A stretch of 64,000 nucleotides of DNA, taken from IMG/VR virus record IMGVR_UViG_3300012153_000001, positions 1,190 through 65,189 of that record. The stretch is one strand, 5' to 3'. Positions within the stretch are counted from its first letter, which is position 1; each line of letters opens with the position of its first letter. The DNA comes from a virus. Positions 1 through 8,491 of the stretch are shown here, piece by piece. The notes below the pieces were generated by a model, which saw only the letters and a list, made by a program, of their open reading frames with translations, was not told where the DNA came from and made no database searches. Both the position numbers and the translations under genes were made by a program.

Positions 1-1
1 T

Positions 2-412
2 GATGACGATCATTTCATTCCGATAGCAACCGGACACTGTGGGACGTATCTCGGTAACATGCGTCCGTTAGCTTCGTGGTTGAACGGAAATAAGAACGCG
101 GCAAACCCTTTCGAATGGTTCGAAGCGAACAGGCAACGCTTTGACCTCGATCCAACACGCTTCGATGCGCTAGTTTGGCGACTGGCGTCACAGAACGGAT
201 TGACTCCGGGAGAGTTTCGCAGTTTCACGTATTGGTGCTTCGATAATCCGCGTACTGTCGAACAGATTGCGGAGGATAACGCGCGTTACGGATACAAAAA
301 GTCGTCGCTCGAAATATGGCGCGAACAAACGAGATTACCGTTTCCTATCGCTGTGGACTTCGGAGATACAGCGCTTAACAACGATATTAAGCGAGAGGGG
401 GACGTGGCATAA
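2..412 (+). CDS. hypothetical protein (5' end probably off-window)
   Basis: The frame is open from the window edge to TAA 410-412. The first ATG (59) has no SD. The stop overlaps the next start (TAATG). No motif recognised. Confidence 0.45.
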   Translation, partial: DDDHFIPIATGHCGTYLGNMRPLASWLNGNKNAANPFEWFEANRQRFDLDPTRFDALVWRLASQNGLTPGEFRSFTYWCFDNPRTVEQIAEDNARYGYKKSSLEIWREQTRLPFPIAVDFGDTALNNDIKREGDVA

Positions 413-819
413 TGACGCAATTAACCGACACTCAACGCCTCGTCAGCGTCGAATCCCAAACGGAATATTCCGTCACATCCGGCGCAACTGAAACGCGCAT
501 CTTCGTAAAATTCTACGTTGAGGCCGTTCGCTCCGGAATGATCGCGGATCTTGGACCGGAACGTCTGCAGACGCTCATCGTTCTCGCCTCGTATATGGGC
601 GCTGACGGAACGTGCTACCCTACGCAATGGCAGATCGCTAGCAGTCTCGGAGTAGCGCGGGAGACGGCCGCCAGGCGCGTTAAGGCACTCGCGGATTACC
701 GGTGGAAAGGGCAGCCGCTAATGTTACGGGAGCGGACGCGCCATCCGGATAGTAAGAAGTGGGAGAACACCGTGTATAAAATCCTGCCGATCAGCGGATT
801 GCGGATATTCGATAAGTGA
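412..819 (+). CDS. winged-helix DNA-binding protein (replication-organizer/MarR-like)
   Basis: SD GAGGGGGA lies upstream of the ATG. The segment YPTQWQIASSLGVARETAARRVKALADY looks like a wHTH recognition unit. Confidence 0.6.
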   Translation: MTQLTDTQRLVSVESQTEYSVTSGATETRIFVKFYVEAVRSGMIADLGPERLQTLIVLASYMGADGTCYPTQWQIASSLGVARETAARRVKALADYRWKGQPLMLRERTRHPDSKKWENTVYKILPISGLRIFDK

Positions 820-877
820 GCCACGTGACGGCTACGCCACATAGCTTGAAGCTTACAAGGCTCGGCATCACACTAAG

Positions 878-915
878 TAGAACCAGTAATAACTAGAACC
901 ATCTTTATAACTAGA
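878..915. repeat. short direct repeats in the gap after the wHTH gene
   Basis: TAGAACCA occurs at 878-885 and 894-901. ATAACTAGA occurs at 889-897 and 907-915. Confidence 0.6.
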
Positions 916-932
916 TTAAACATTACCACTCA

Positions 933-972
933 GTTGATTTTGCTTCGCAAACTAAACTTCGCGGGACGATTA
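933..972 (+). repeat. 40-bp conserved non-coding element, copy 1
   Basis: 37/40 identical to 36600-36639 in the same orientation, with unrelated flanks. Confidence 0.85.
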
Positions 973-1089
973 TTACTAACATAATTGATTACGCGTAGAA
1001 AGTTATACGGAGCCAAAGGCGACGGCGAGTATGAACGAAGTGAATCGCGAGCATATACGCACTTATAAAAGAAACGGAGGAATCACGTT

Positions 1090-1623
1090 ATGTCTAACCG
1101 CAAACCTGCCGCATGCTTCACCGGTCACCGCCCGAATAAACTCGGAGGCTACAACGAAAGCAACGCGATAATGTCCGATGTAAGAGCTCGCTTGGACCGC
1201 GCAATTGACTACGCGCTTGACTCATTCGGTATCACAACGTTTATCTCCGGCATGGCGCTCGGCGTCGATATGGCCGCGGCAGAAATCGTATTAAAGAAGC
1301 GCGAACAGTTTCCGCGTTACGGTATCCGCTTGGTAGCCGCGATCCCGTTCGAAGGTCAGGAACGCATGTGGCCGGACACCTCGCAAGATCGTTGGCACGA
1401 TATTCTAGCGCAAGCTGACGAAGTTGAATACGTTTGTGAGCCCGGATATGCCGCGTGGAAGATGCAGAAGCGTAACGCGTGGATGGTCGATAATTCCGCT
1501 CTAGTAATCGCGGTATGGGACGGAACAAAAGGCGGTACCGGTAATTGCGTAGAGTACGCGAGGAAGGCGGAGCACAAGCCGCGCATCATAAGTATTAATC
1601 CGCTAAAGGAGATCCCGCAATGA
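1090..1623 (+). CDS. SLOG-fold DUF1273 family protein (YpsA/YoqJ-like)
   Basis: SD GGAGGA upstream. CFTGHRPNKL, GMALGVD and VWDGTKGGTGN are motifs typical of DUF1273. Confidence 0.7.
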   Translation: MSNRKPAACFTGHRPNKLGGYNESNAIMSDVRARLDRAIDYALDSFGITTFISGMALGVDMAAAEIVLKKREQFPRYGIRLVAAIPFEGQERMWPDTSQDRWHDILAQADEVEYVCEPGYAAWKMQKRNAWMVDNSALVIAVWDGTKGGTGNCVEYARKAEHKPRIISINPLKEIPQ

Positions 1624-1751
1624 AACGTATCGACGCAACCCTCGCCGCCTACGCCCTTGCTATCACCGTAATAATCGCGTGGATTTACGTCGATTACGCG
1701 TCGCTCGTCACAAATATACCGGAGGTGTTTCCGCATGTTAAACAACGTTAA
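1620..1751 (+). CDS. small membrane protein (43 aa)
   Basis: ATGA overlap with the previous stop. Hydrophobic core LAAYALAITVIIAWIYV. Too short to be certain. Confidence 0.35.
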   Translation: MKRIDATLAAYALAITVIIAWIYVDYASLVTNIPEVFPHVKQR

Positions 1752-2085
1752 AATCACGCAAAATTACGCACTCAAAACGGACGACCGCAACTTCATCGTC
1801 CTGCAGCGCAAGATCGTTGACCCTACGAAGGCGCCCGGTTACAAAGCGGTTGAAGGCGCTGAGCCACCCGCGCTAAAAGAGCGGTGGGATGAAATCGCGT
1901 ATTACCCGCTGACGTCCGCCGGTCTGACCTCGTTCATTGAACACGTAAGGATGCGCGAGGCTACGGAACATGATGTCGCAAACTTGGCGGAACTTGGCGC
2001 AGCATTTCGGGAGACGACGGCAGAGATTATCGCGGCTGTTAACGCTGGATTATCGCCTGAGTTTAGCGTGAAGATGGGCGCTTAG
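1735..2085 (+). CDS. hypothetical protein
   Basis: SD GGAGGTG lies 8 nt before the ATG. No motif recognised. Confidence 0.55.
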   Translation: MLNNVKITQNYALKTDDRNFIVLQRKIVDPTKAPGYKAVEGAEPPALKERWDEIAYYPLTSAGLTSFIEHVRMREATEHDVANLAELGAAFRETTAEIIAAVNAGLSPEFSVKMGA

Positions 2086-2160
2086 ATGGTGCGGGAGGGT
2101 ATTCGGTAGGGTGCGGAGGGAAGGCGCTAATAACGCGGTTAAAATACGGGAGGGATACGT

Positions 2161-2418
2161 ATGAGTAACGAAAGGGAAGCACGTTTTATTTACGAGAGTA
2201 TGAAGGAGCATTGCGCGGGGCTACGTGAAGCACGAGAGTTAGGGGTGACGTCAATCTCGATTGATACGGCTGTTAGGCTCGCAGAAGTTGGCGCTATGGT
2301 TGCGTCACTACTCATTACGGAGTGTGCTAAGACAGACGAAAGAGCTCGCGTTACTCGTGGGATTACTGACGCACTTGACGGAGCAATTGCGCGGTTAGAC
2401 CGAACGAGTCGCTACTAA
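2161..2418 (+). CDS. hypothetical protein
   Basis: SD GGGAGGGA lies before the ATG. Confidence 0.5.
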   Translation: MSNEREARFIYESMKEHCAGLREARELGVTSISIDTAVRLAEVGAMVASLLITECAKTDERARVTRGITDALDGAIARLDRTSRY

Positions 2419-2517
2419 ATAACGGAGGATTAACGCAGATGAACAATGTACCAACATTCGAAACAATCGACGATATCATCGAATATTATCGCAAACAAAA
2501 CGGAGGAGCTGACGCGA

Positions 2518-2883
2518 ATGAGTAACAGGCCGACTATTCCCGCAGAAGTTGCTGACCTGATAGAGAATATGCGCAAAGCTGGCGCAACGAACCAGCAAAT
2601 GACGCGAGTTGCGCAAGGTAACACGCAGGTTGCGGTATATCACGAAATCCTATCGTCCATTCCGTTCGACACGTTGCTGGCCGCGATGGTTAACGGGTAT
2701 GAGCGGGAGTTGACGGAGGAGCAGAAACGGGCGGAGTCAGAGCGCGAGCTTGTGCTTTCCTACGAGAACCACCGCGGAGGAATTGGTCGATACACTACTG
2801 GGGAAGCGGACGACGCGTTCGCCGACGGAATTGAGTACGCGCTTGATATGATCGGAGTCCAAATCGAAGGAGTGAACGCGTGA
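2518..2883 (+). CDS. hypothetical protein
   Basis: SD GGAGGAG lies 9 nt before ATG 2518. The upstream track start at 2446 has no SD. Confidence 0.55.
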   Translation: MSNRPTIPAEVADLIENMRKAGATNQQMTRVAQGNTQVAVYHEILSSIPFDTLLAAMVNGYERELTEEQKRAESERELVLSYENHRGGIGRYTTGEADDAFADGIEYALDMIGVQIEGVNA

Positions 2884-3083
2884 AGATGGCGTTTATCCGA
2901 CGCATTATCGAAAATGCATTCGTTCAGTACGTATTATTCGGAATCATATTCGCGGCGGTACTATGCGTGTGTTTCCCGATTACGCCTAACGTATTTTGGA
3001 TGATCGTTGCTTTCTGGCCGTTTATCGTAGCACTATGGTTTTACGCTTTCATCAACGGAACAATTCCCGGAATGAATTTGTAA
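2880..3083 (+). CDS. small membrane protein
   Basis: GTGA overlap with the previous stop. SD GAAGGAG 7 nt upstream. Two hydrophobic segments. Confidence 0.5.
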   Translation: MKMAFIRRIIENAFVQYVLFGIIFAAVLCVCFPITPNVFWMIVAFWPFIVALWFYAFINGTIPGMNL

Positions 3084-3301
3084 GGAAACGGGAGTAATAG
3101 AGCCTAAAACGGAGTTGGAATTAATTACCCAGTTTCAATAAAACGGCACTTAAGTTAACATAACAAATCTTTCGGATATATTATGATAACTAGATCAACC
3201 AGTATTTTCCTTTTAACGATATACTCCTTTTTGCTTATTCGCCGAATATGACGTTTTACCAAATTACGCTAGTCCACTTATACTACGGAGGTGTCAACGA
3301 G

Positions 3302-3679
3302 ATGACAACGGAAACTAAGCGGGATTTACAAGCTGATCTTGCGCTATGTGATGCGGCGACGGCTGGGCCTTGGCGGATGTACGGCGGAAAGTTCGGAGAG
3401 ACAAACGTGTATTATCCTCCTTACGATAATCACGACGAAGTGGTATCGGATATCGACGCGGATCGAACGCATGATGCGAGGTTCATCGCAGAATCCCGCG
3501 AAGCATGGCCCGAAGCTATCCGCAGGGCGATCGCGGCAGAGGAAAAATGGGCTAAACTTCGGAGTGTTGTCATTACTAATGCTACGGGAGGAAACGGCGA
3601 GAATATTAACGATTGGGACATCATGCGGAACCATATGGACGAATTTGACTCGGAGGTGGTCGATGGTGTGGGACTTTAA
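3302..3679 (+). CDS. hypothetical protein
   Basis: SD GGAGGTG lies before ATG 3302, internal to the track ORF 3248-3679. Confidence 0.5.
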   Translation: MTTETKRDLQADLALCDAATAGPWRMYGGKFGETNVYYPPYDNHDEVVSDIDADRTHDARFIAESREAWPEAIRRAIAAEEKWAKLRSVVITNATGGNGENINDWDIMRNHMDEFDSEVVDGVGL

Positions 3680-3905
3680 ACTTAAGAAACGCGCATCAAA
3701 GCCGAAGGAGCCCGTCTGCTACCACGAATGGTTCTTGATAGACATGCGGATGGTCGACAGTTATATTTTTAACGACTCGCCAGAAGTCCGTTATGAAATC
3801 GTATGTAAGTCGTGCGAGAAATGTAAATCGCTTGACAAATACGAGTACCGGAAGTTTTGCGAAGTGTTCGAAGTAAAAGGAGGTCGGGAAGATGCCACGC
3901 GCTAA
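3663..3905 (+). CDS. hypothetical Cys-containing protein
   Basis: SD GGAGGTGG lies before ATG 3663. This is the C-terminal part of track ORF 3339-3905. Contains CKSCEKC. Confidence 0.45.
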   Translation: MVWDFKLKKRASKPKEPVCYHEWFLIDMRMVDSYIFNDSPEVRYEIVCKSCEKCKSLDKYEYRKFCEVFEVKGGREDATR

Positions 3906-4326
3906 GAAGCCGCCTAAACCGAAGATCACCGCAGACCAGCGCAAGGACTGGCGCAACCTTCCGCTCGAAAGCTGGAATGTACTCACGCTACAGGCGATGG
4001 TTGCCGATCTCAACCGCGAGCAATACGGAGTTACCGTATACGTCCCGATGCGCGGACACGGATTTGAGCAGGGCCAACTAAAGCGCGCACTTACGCAATA
4101 TGGGCCGTCAGCCCTACGCGAGACAATTACGCGAGCATTCCGTGAGCATCGGGTGACGCCGCAGTACCCGCAATTGACGGCGGGATTTCTGATTGCGTAT
4201 CTTTTGCCGAGAATAATGCCGCAGGTGCTGGCGGAACAGGCGCGGGCGGAGAAACAGGCGGAGTATTGCGGTGATAATGCGGATAACAACGTGTTGACTG
4301 ACAATGAAATAATTAATTTATTTTAG
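3892..4326 (+). CDS. hypothetical protein
   Basis: SD AAAGGAGG lies before the ATG. Confidence 0.55.
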   Translation: MPRAKKPPKPKITADQRKDWRNLPLESWNVLTLQAMVADLNREQYGVTVYVPMRGHGFEQGQLKRALTQYGPSALRETITRAFREHRVTPQYPQLTAGFLIAYLLPRIMPQVLAEQARAEKQAEYCGDNADNNVLTDNEIINLF

Positions 4327-4443
4327 CGCGGGAAAAAGCGGAGGAATCTGGAAAGTAATATAATACAACGATAATCATTCTAAAATCAGCCGTAAATTAG
4401 CCGCAAGCAATCCAAGATTACGTTACAGTTAGGGGGAACGCAA

Positions 4444-5220
4444 TTGTCGAATGCTAAAAACTGCATACTGGCGCAGCACTGTTCGCTAGCAGGCGGCGCG
4501 CAATGTACAAAGCTATGCGGATCTTATATCGCAACACACGGATTAAACGGCGCAGGCGGACGTGTAGGCGCAGCAAACCTACCGTCAGGCTACCGCGGCT
4601 TAACGCTTGCCAATTCGCCAGCACGGACGGACCAGGCGTCGATATACCGCGCTTTGGACACCTACGTTAAGACATTCGTACGCCAATTCGAAGAGTCACC
4701 GGAGGAACCGATCAAATCGCTGTACTTATATAGCGCAGGTCCGGGTACCGGAAAAACAACGACGGCGGCTGCGATAATCGGCGAATACATCGTACGTCAC
4801 TATATCGGATCAATCCAGCGCAACAGGCAAGCGCTTGATCGACCAGCGTATTTTCTCGATGTAAACGCGTGGCAAACGCTGTATACGGAGTTCAACCGAC
4901 CCAAAGTACCGGATGACATTGCGGAGCCTGCAGCGCGCCAATATTACGCGCAAATGCAGCACGCTAAAGCCGCTCCGTTTGCGGTGCTTGACGATATCGG
5001 TGTGCGTGAAGATACGGAGGGATTCCGCAGCGACTTGCATAGCGTGATTAACTATCGCGTGACAAACGACTTAATTACGGTATATACGAGCAACGTAGCG
5101 TTGAAGGACCTCGGCACGGTGTTACGTGAGACTACGCCGCGATTAATAGACCGGATTCGGGACCGTTGCATCGAGCGTGAGTTTGTCGGAATTAGTCACC
5201 GAGGACTCAAGCGAGCGTGA
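4444..5220 (+). CDS. DnaC/IstB-like AAA+ helicase loader
   Basis: TTG start with SD AGGGGGA. Walker A is GPGTGKTT and Walker B is AVLDDIG. Sits immediately upstream of the helicase. Confidence 0.75.
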   Translation: MSNAKNCILAQHCSLAGGAQCTKLCGSYIATHGLNGAGGRVGAANLPSGYRGLTLANSPARTDQASIYRALDTYVKTFVRQFEESPEEPIKSLYLYSAGPGTGKTTTAAAIIGEYIVRHYIGSIQRNRQALDRPAYFLDVNAWQTLYTEFNRPKVPDDIAEPAARQYYAQMQHAKAAPFAVLDDIGVREDTEGFRSDLHSVINYRVTNDLITVYTSNVALKDLGTVLRETTPRLIDRIRDRCIEREFVGISHRGLKRA

Positions 5221-5274
5221 AAACGAAAAACGGAGTAAACGGGAGCATTCGGGAGATGGGGATAACTTACGTGT

Positions 5275-5388
5275 ATTGATTTCGACAAATTGCGACTTGA
5301 CAAACTGATTGTCAATCATTTTTTGACCACTTTTTCACCTAAATATGTCCAATTAATTACGTAAATTGGTATCACTGTCGAAATCAAT
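5275..5388. repeat. nested inverted repeats in the AT-rich gap upstream of the helicase gene
   Basis: ATTGATTTCGACA (5275-5287) pairs with TGTCGAAATCAAT (5376-5388). TTGACAA-ACTGA-TTGTCAA lies at 5297-5315. CCAATT..TACGTA..AATTGG lies at 5349-5369. Confidence 0.8.
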
Positions 5389-5461
5389 TCGTGGGAAATT
5401 TGTCCTAAACCGGATTTGACGATATCTATCATGGCGGTGTAAAACTGGAGGTGTAGGAATT

Positions 5462-6820
5462 ATGGCGGTTACAGGTCAACAGTTGCTAAGTAAATTGCTT
5501 GATGAGGGAAATGTGCAAGCGCTGGTAAAGTACAACATTAAGCGGGCGGATTTTCCAACAGTAGGCGAGCGCGAGGCATACGATTTTATTGACGGATATG
5601 CGAAAGAAAACGGAGGCGCAGCGCCTTCCTACGCGACTTTCGCTAATAACATACGAACAGTAACTTACCTGGCAGGGGTTACGGATTCATTCGAATACCT
5701 TGCGGGACAGCTTAAAGATGCATCAGGAAAACGGGAATTGGCGGAGTATATCAATAGCGCGGAGTTCACACAGGACTACGAAACGCTTTCGACAGAATCC
5801 TTCATTAATCGCTTGACTGCACGTACTAATGAGATTAAGATTAAAACACGAACGAGTGTTCCTAAAATAACTGATATTTCCACATCAGGAGAACAATTTC
5901 TAACAGAATACCGCGCACGTAAATCAGGCACCTCGTTCAAGATTTGGCGGAGCAAATTCGAAACTGTCAACGAAGCGATCGGCGGATACCTTTCCGGAAA
6001 CATGTACGCGTGGTATGGGCGATCCGGCCGCGGCAAATCCGTCATCGTAATGGAGGAGGCGCTAGAATCTGCGTTCCAGGGCGCGGTCGTCCTACTGTGG
6101 ATACTCGAAATGAGTACGTTCGAATGGATGGCGCGTGCATACTCGTCCATTTCCGCGAGAGTCAGCGGCACGGTTGAACGGATTGACGGCGTAGATTATA
6201 CGGTCGGTTTCGATAACAAACGGATGCTCATGGGGAAGTTGGATGACGCATACGAACGCGGACTCGAACAGTTTGTCGCGGCGCTTAACGAGATCATTCC
6301 AGGTAAAATACTACTCCGCGCTACAGATAGCGAAGGGTTTATCAACCGCGGTATAACGAATCTGGAATCGGACATTATCGAAGTGGATGCGGACGTTGTC
6401 GTAGTCGATCCGATATATTTAATGGATTTCGAAGCGAATACATCACGGGTTGCCGGCGGTGACGTTGCGGAAACATCGAAGAAGCTGCGGAGAATGGCCG
6501 GACGATTGAAGACCGTTGTACATGTGGTAACGCAGGCGGACGAAGTTAAAGACGAAGAGAACGCGGATGGCGAGCGCGAATTGGTTGCGCCTAAGCGTGC
6601 GGAAGTTAAGAAGACGAAAGCCATACTCGAAGATGCGACGAACCTACTCGGCGTAGATACGTTGAACAAGGAAGGTCGAGGCGCGGTATGGATCAAGAAG
6701 GGACGTAACGGAGGCGAGGATACACGCGTTGAAATTGTATACTTGCCAAATTATGGTGTGGTGCGCGAGTTGGATACGCAAGGACAAGCGGAACAGTTTG
6801 CGAGCGTGAGCGGTTTTTAA
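5462..6820 (+). CDS. DnaB-like replicative helicase
   Basis: SD GGAGGTG upstream. Walker A is GRSGRGKSV. RecA-like C-terminal domain with VVVVDPIYLM (Walker B-like). Confidence 0.8.
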   Translation: MAVTGQQLLSKLLDEGNVQALVKYNIKRADFPTVGEREAYDFIDGYAKENGGAAPSYATFANNIRTVTYLAGVTDSFEYLAGQLKDASGKRELAEYINSAEFTQDYETLSTESFINRLTARTNEIKIKTRTSVPKITDISTSGEQFLTEYRARKSGTSFKIWRSKFETVNEAIGGYLSGNMYAWYGRSGRGKSVIVMEEALESAFQGAVVLLWILEMSTFEWMARAYSSISARVSGTVERIDGVDYTVGFDNKRMLMGKLDDAYERGLEQFVAALNEIIPGKILLRATDSEGFINRGITNLESDIIEVDADVVVVDPIYLMDFEANTSRVAGGDVAETSKKLRRMAGRLKTVVHVVTQADEVKDEENADGERELVAPKRAEVKKTKAILEDATNLLGVDTLNKEGRGAVWIKKGRNGGEDTRVEIVYLPNYGVVRELDTQGQAEQFASVSGF

Positions 6821-6839
6821 AAGTACTTTTCGGAAACTA

Positions 6840-6868
6840 TTGACAAAAGGAAATGACTGGATTATATT
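6840..6868 (+). promoter_or_regulatory. sigma-A-type promoter
   Basis: TTGACA (6840-6845), a 17-nt spacer, then TATATT (6863-6868). The leader that follows carries TAGTCACG x2 and a TGGTGG/CCACCA hairpin. Confidence 0.6.
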
Positions 6869-6936
6869 TTGGTGGTGGTAGTCACGGTGTTAGTCACGAC
6901 AAACCACCATAAAATCAATTCGGAGGTAATACCCCT

Positions 6937-7455
6937 ATGACAAAACCAACACCAGAACATATCCGTAAAGAAGCTTTATCAGAAATTCAAAATTATCCTT
7001 ACGGAATAAAACAGTCGGACTTTTGGGTTGTCATGGGGCAGATGTTTATAGACAAAGGATACGAGGTAGGGGATTCCACCATTAAAAACGCGTTGTGGAG
7101 ACTCGACCAGCAACATCCCGAAGCGGTAGTTAAAGTCCGCAAATCCGCTAAAGAGGTAGTTCTTTATCCCGCCAGAGAGTCGGAAAGCATTAAGAAAAGC
7201 AATGAGATCGCAGTCGAAGAAGCGGAAGCAGTAATCGATGAGGTCGCAATAACACTTTCCACATTGTGGGTAGAGTTTGAGAAGTGGCACTTCTCTGCTG
7301 TAATTGAAGAAGTGTATACACAATTTATGAAAGACTTTAAAGAGCCTTCGGATGTAGAAGCTTTAATAAACTTAAAAATAGGGATGGATTTGATTAGTAA
7401 GAGCCATTCTCACTTTAAGAGCAGACACCAGGACAACAAGGAGGTTAAGGAGTAG
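6937..7455 (+). CDS. hypothetical protein (AT-rich gene between helicase and primase)
   Basis: SD GGAGGT upstream and its own promoter. Visibly AT-richer than its neighbours. Confidence 0.5.
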   Translation: MTKPTPEHIRKEALSEIQNYPYGIKQSDFWVVMGQMFIDKGYEVGDSTIKNALWRLDQQHPEAVVKVRKSAKEVVLYPARESESIKKSNEIAVEEAEAVIDEVAITLSTLWVEFEKWHFSAVIEEVYTQFMKDFKEPSDVEALINLKIGMDLISKSHSHFKSRHQDNKEVKE

Positions 7456-8444
7456 TGAAGACTAACATAAACGTTGACACGTTCCTTGCCGCAATCGACG
7501 CGCACGACTGGCGTAACGTACAACCGAATACTCGCGGTCGGTTAAACGCTTCATCTCCGTTTGGTAACCGAGTAGATAAGACGCCGTCATTCAGCGTAAT
7601 TATCGATCCGGATTCGTCGGACTTCGGTTGCTGGCGTGATTCAGGCGCAAACGATCCGGAATGGGCTCGCGGAGGTCCCGTTAAACTCTACGCTTTCTTA
7701 CGCAACATAACGTATGAAGAGGCGCGCGAAGAATTGATAAGCGGAGATGTAACCGAAGACGGTCCGCCTAAGCTACGGATCAAACTCGTACCACCCGGAC
7801 CGCCACCTAAGCCGCAGCCGATCGATGTGAGCGCGTATAAGTCCGTCGCGGTTCCGTATCTTACTGGACGCGGAATAGATCCGGAAGTACAGCGCATGTT
7901 CGATTGCGGCTATGACAGCGGGAAGAGTGCGGTGGTCATGCCGTGGCACGATCCGGACGGTACGATTATCAACGCAAAGTGGCGGGCAACTTGGTCGAAG
8001 GTCTTCTTTTACGCTAAGGGCGGCGCGCCTGTCCGTAACATGATATACGGGATACACCTCGTTTATGCGCGGAAGATTGCGCGAGTTGTCATAGTCGAAT
8101 CCGAAACCGACGCGTTATATCTGTGGAGCTGCGGTATACCTGCGATAGCTGTCGGCGGATCTACGTTTACAGATAACCAGGCGGAGATGCTGCGGATGTC
8201 TCCGGTGACTGCGCTTGTGATCGGGACGGATAATGACGCGGCGGGCGAGAAACTTCGCGAAGAGGTTGCGGATAAGATACGCGGATATTGCGAGTTATAT
8301 GATGCGAGATGGCCGGATGGCGCGAAGGATGCGAACGATGTTGGCGACGAGATGACGGTGAGGAATACGGTTGCTGGCGCTGTTAGGAGAAATATTTTCA
8401 ACATAGCGCAACATAGTATTGCCGCATATCGTCGAATAATGTAA
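7455..8444 (+). CDS. DNA primase (Toprim domain) with degenerate zinc-binding region
   Basis: Toprim motifs VIVESETDALYLW and IGTDNDAAGEKLR. The N-terminal SSPFGNRVDKTPSFSV..FGCW aligns to the DnaG zinc ribbon but lacks most ligands. Confidence 0.75.
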   Translation: MKTNINVDTFLAAIDAHDWRNVQPNTRGRLNASSPFGNRVDKTPSFSVIIDPDSSDFGCWRDSGANDPEWARGGPVKLYAFLRNITYEEAREELISGDVTEDGPPKLRIKLVPPGPPPKPQPIDVSAYKSVAVPYLTGRGIDPEVQRMFDCGYDSGKSAVVMPWHDPDGTIINAKWRATWSKVFFYAKGGAPVRNMIYGIHLVYARKIARVVIVESETDALYLWSCGIPAIAVGGSTFTDNQAEMLRMSPVTALVIGTDNDAAGEKLREEVADKIRGYCELYDARWPDGAKDANDVGDEMTVRNTVAGAVRRNIFNIAQHSIAAYRRIM

Positions 8445-8491
8445 TATTAGGCAGTACACAAACCTGTGTACTATTCGTCGGTACAAGCGAA

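Noticed and set aside
3339-3905. 188-aa plus-strand ORF treated as one gene
   Set aside because: Its first two thirds overlap, out of frame, the better-supported 3302-3679 gene and look Arg-rich and non-protein-like. Only the part from ATG 3663, which has an SD, is kept.
3696-4304. 202-aa ORF on the minus strand
   Set aside because: It is antisense to two SD-preceded plus-strand genes (3663-3905 and 3892-4326). The whole early region is transcribed rightward.
6196-6696. 166-aa ORF on the minus strand inside the helicase gene
   Set aside because: It is antisense to the DnaB-like helicase, and its Ser/Thr-rich translation has no motif.
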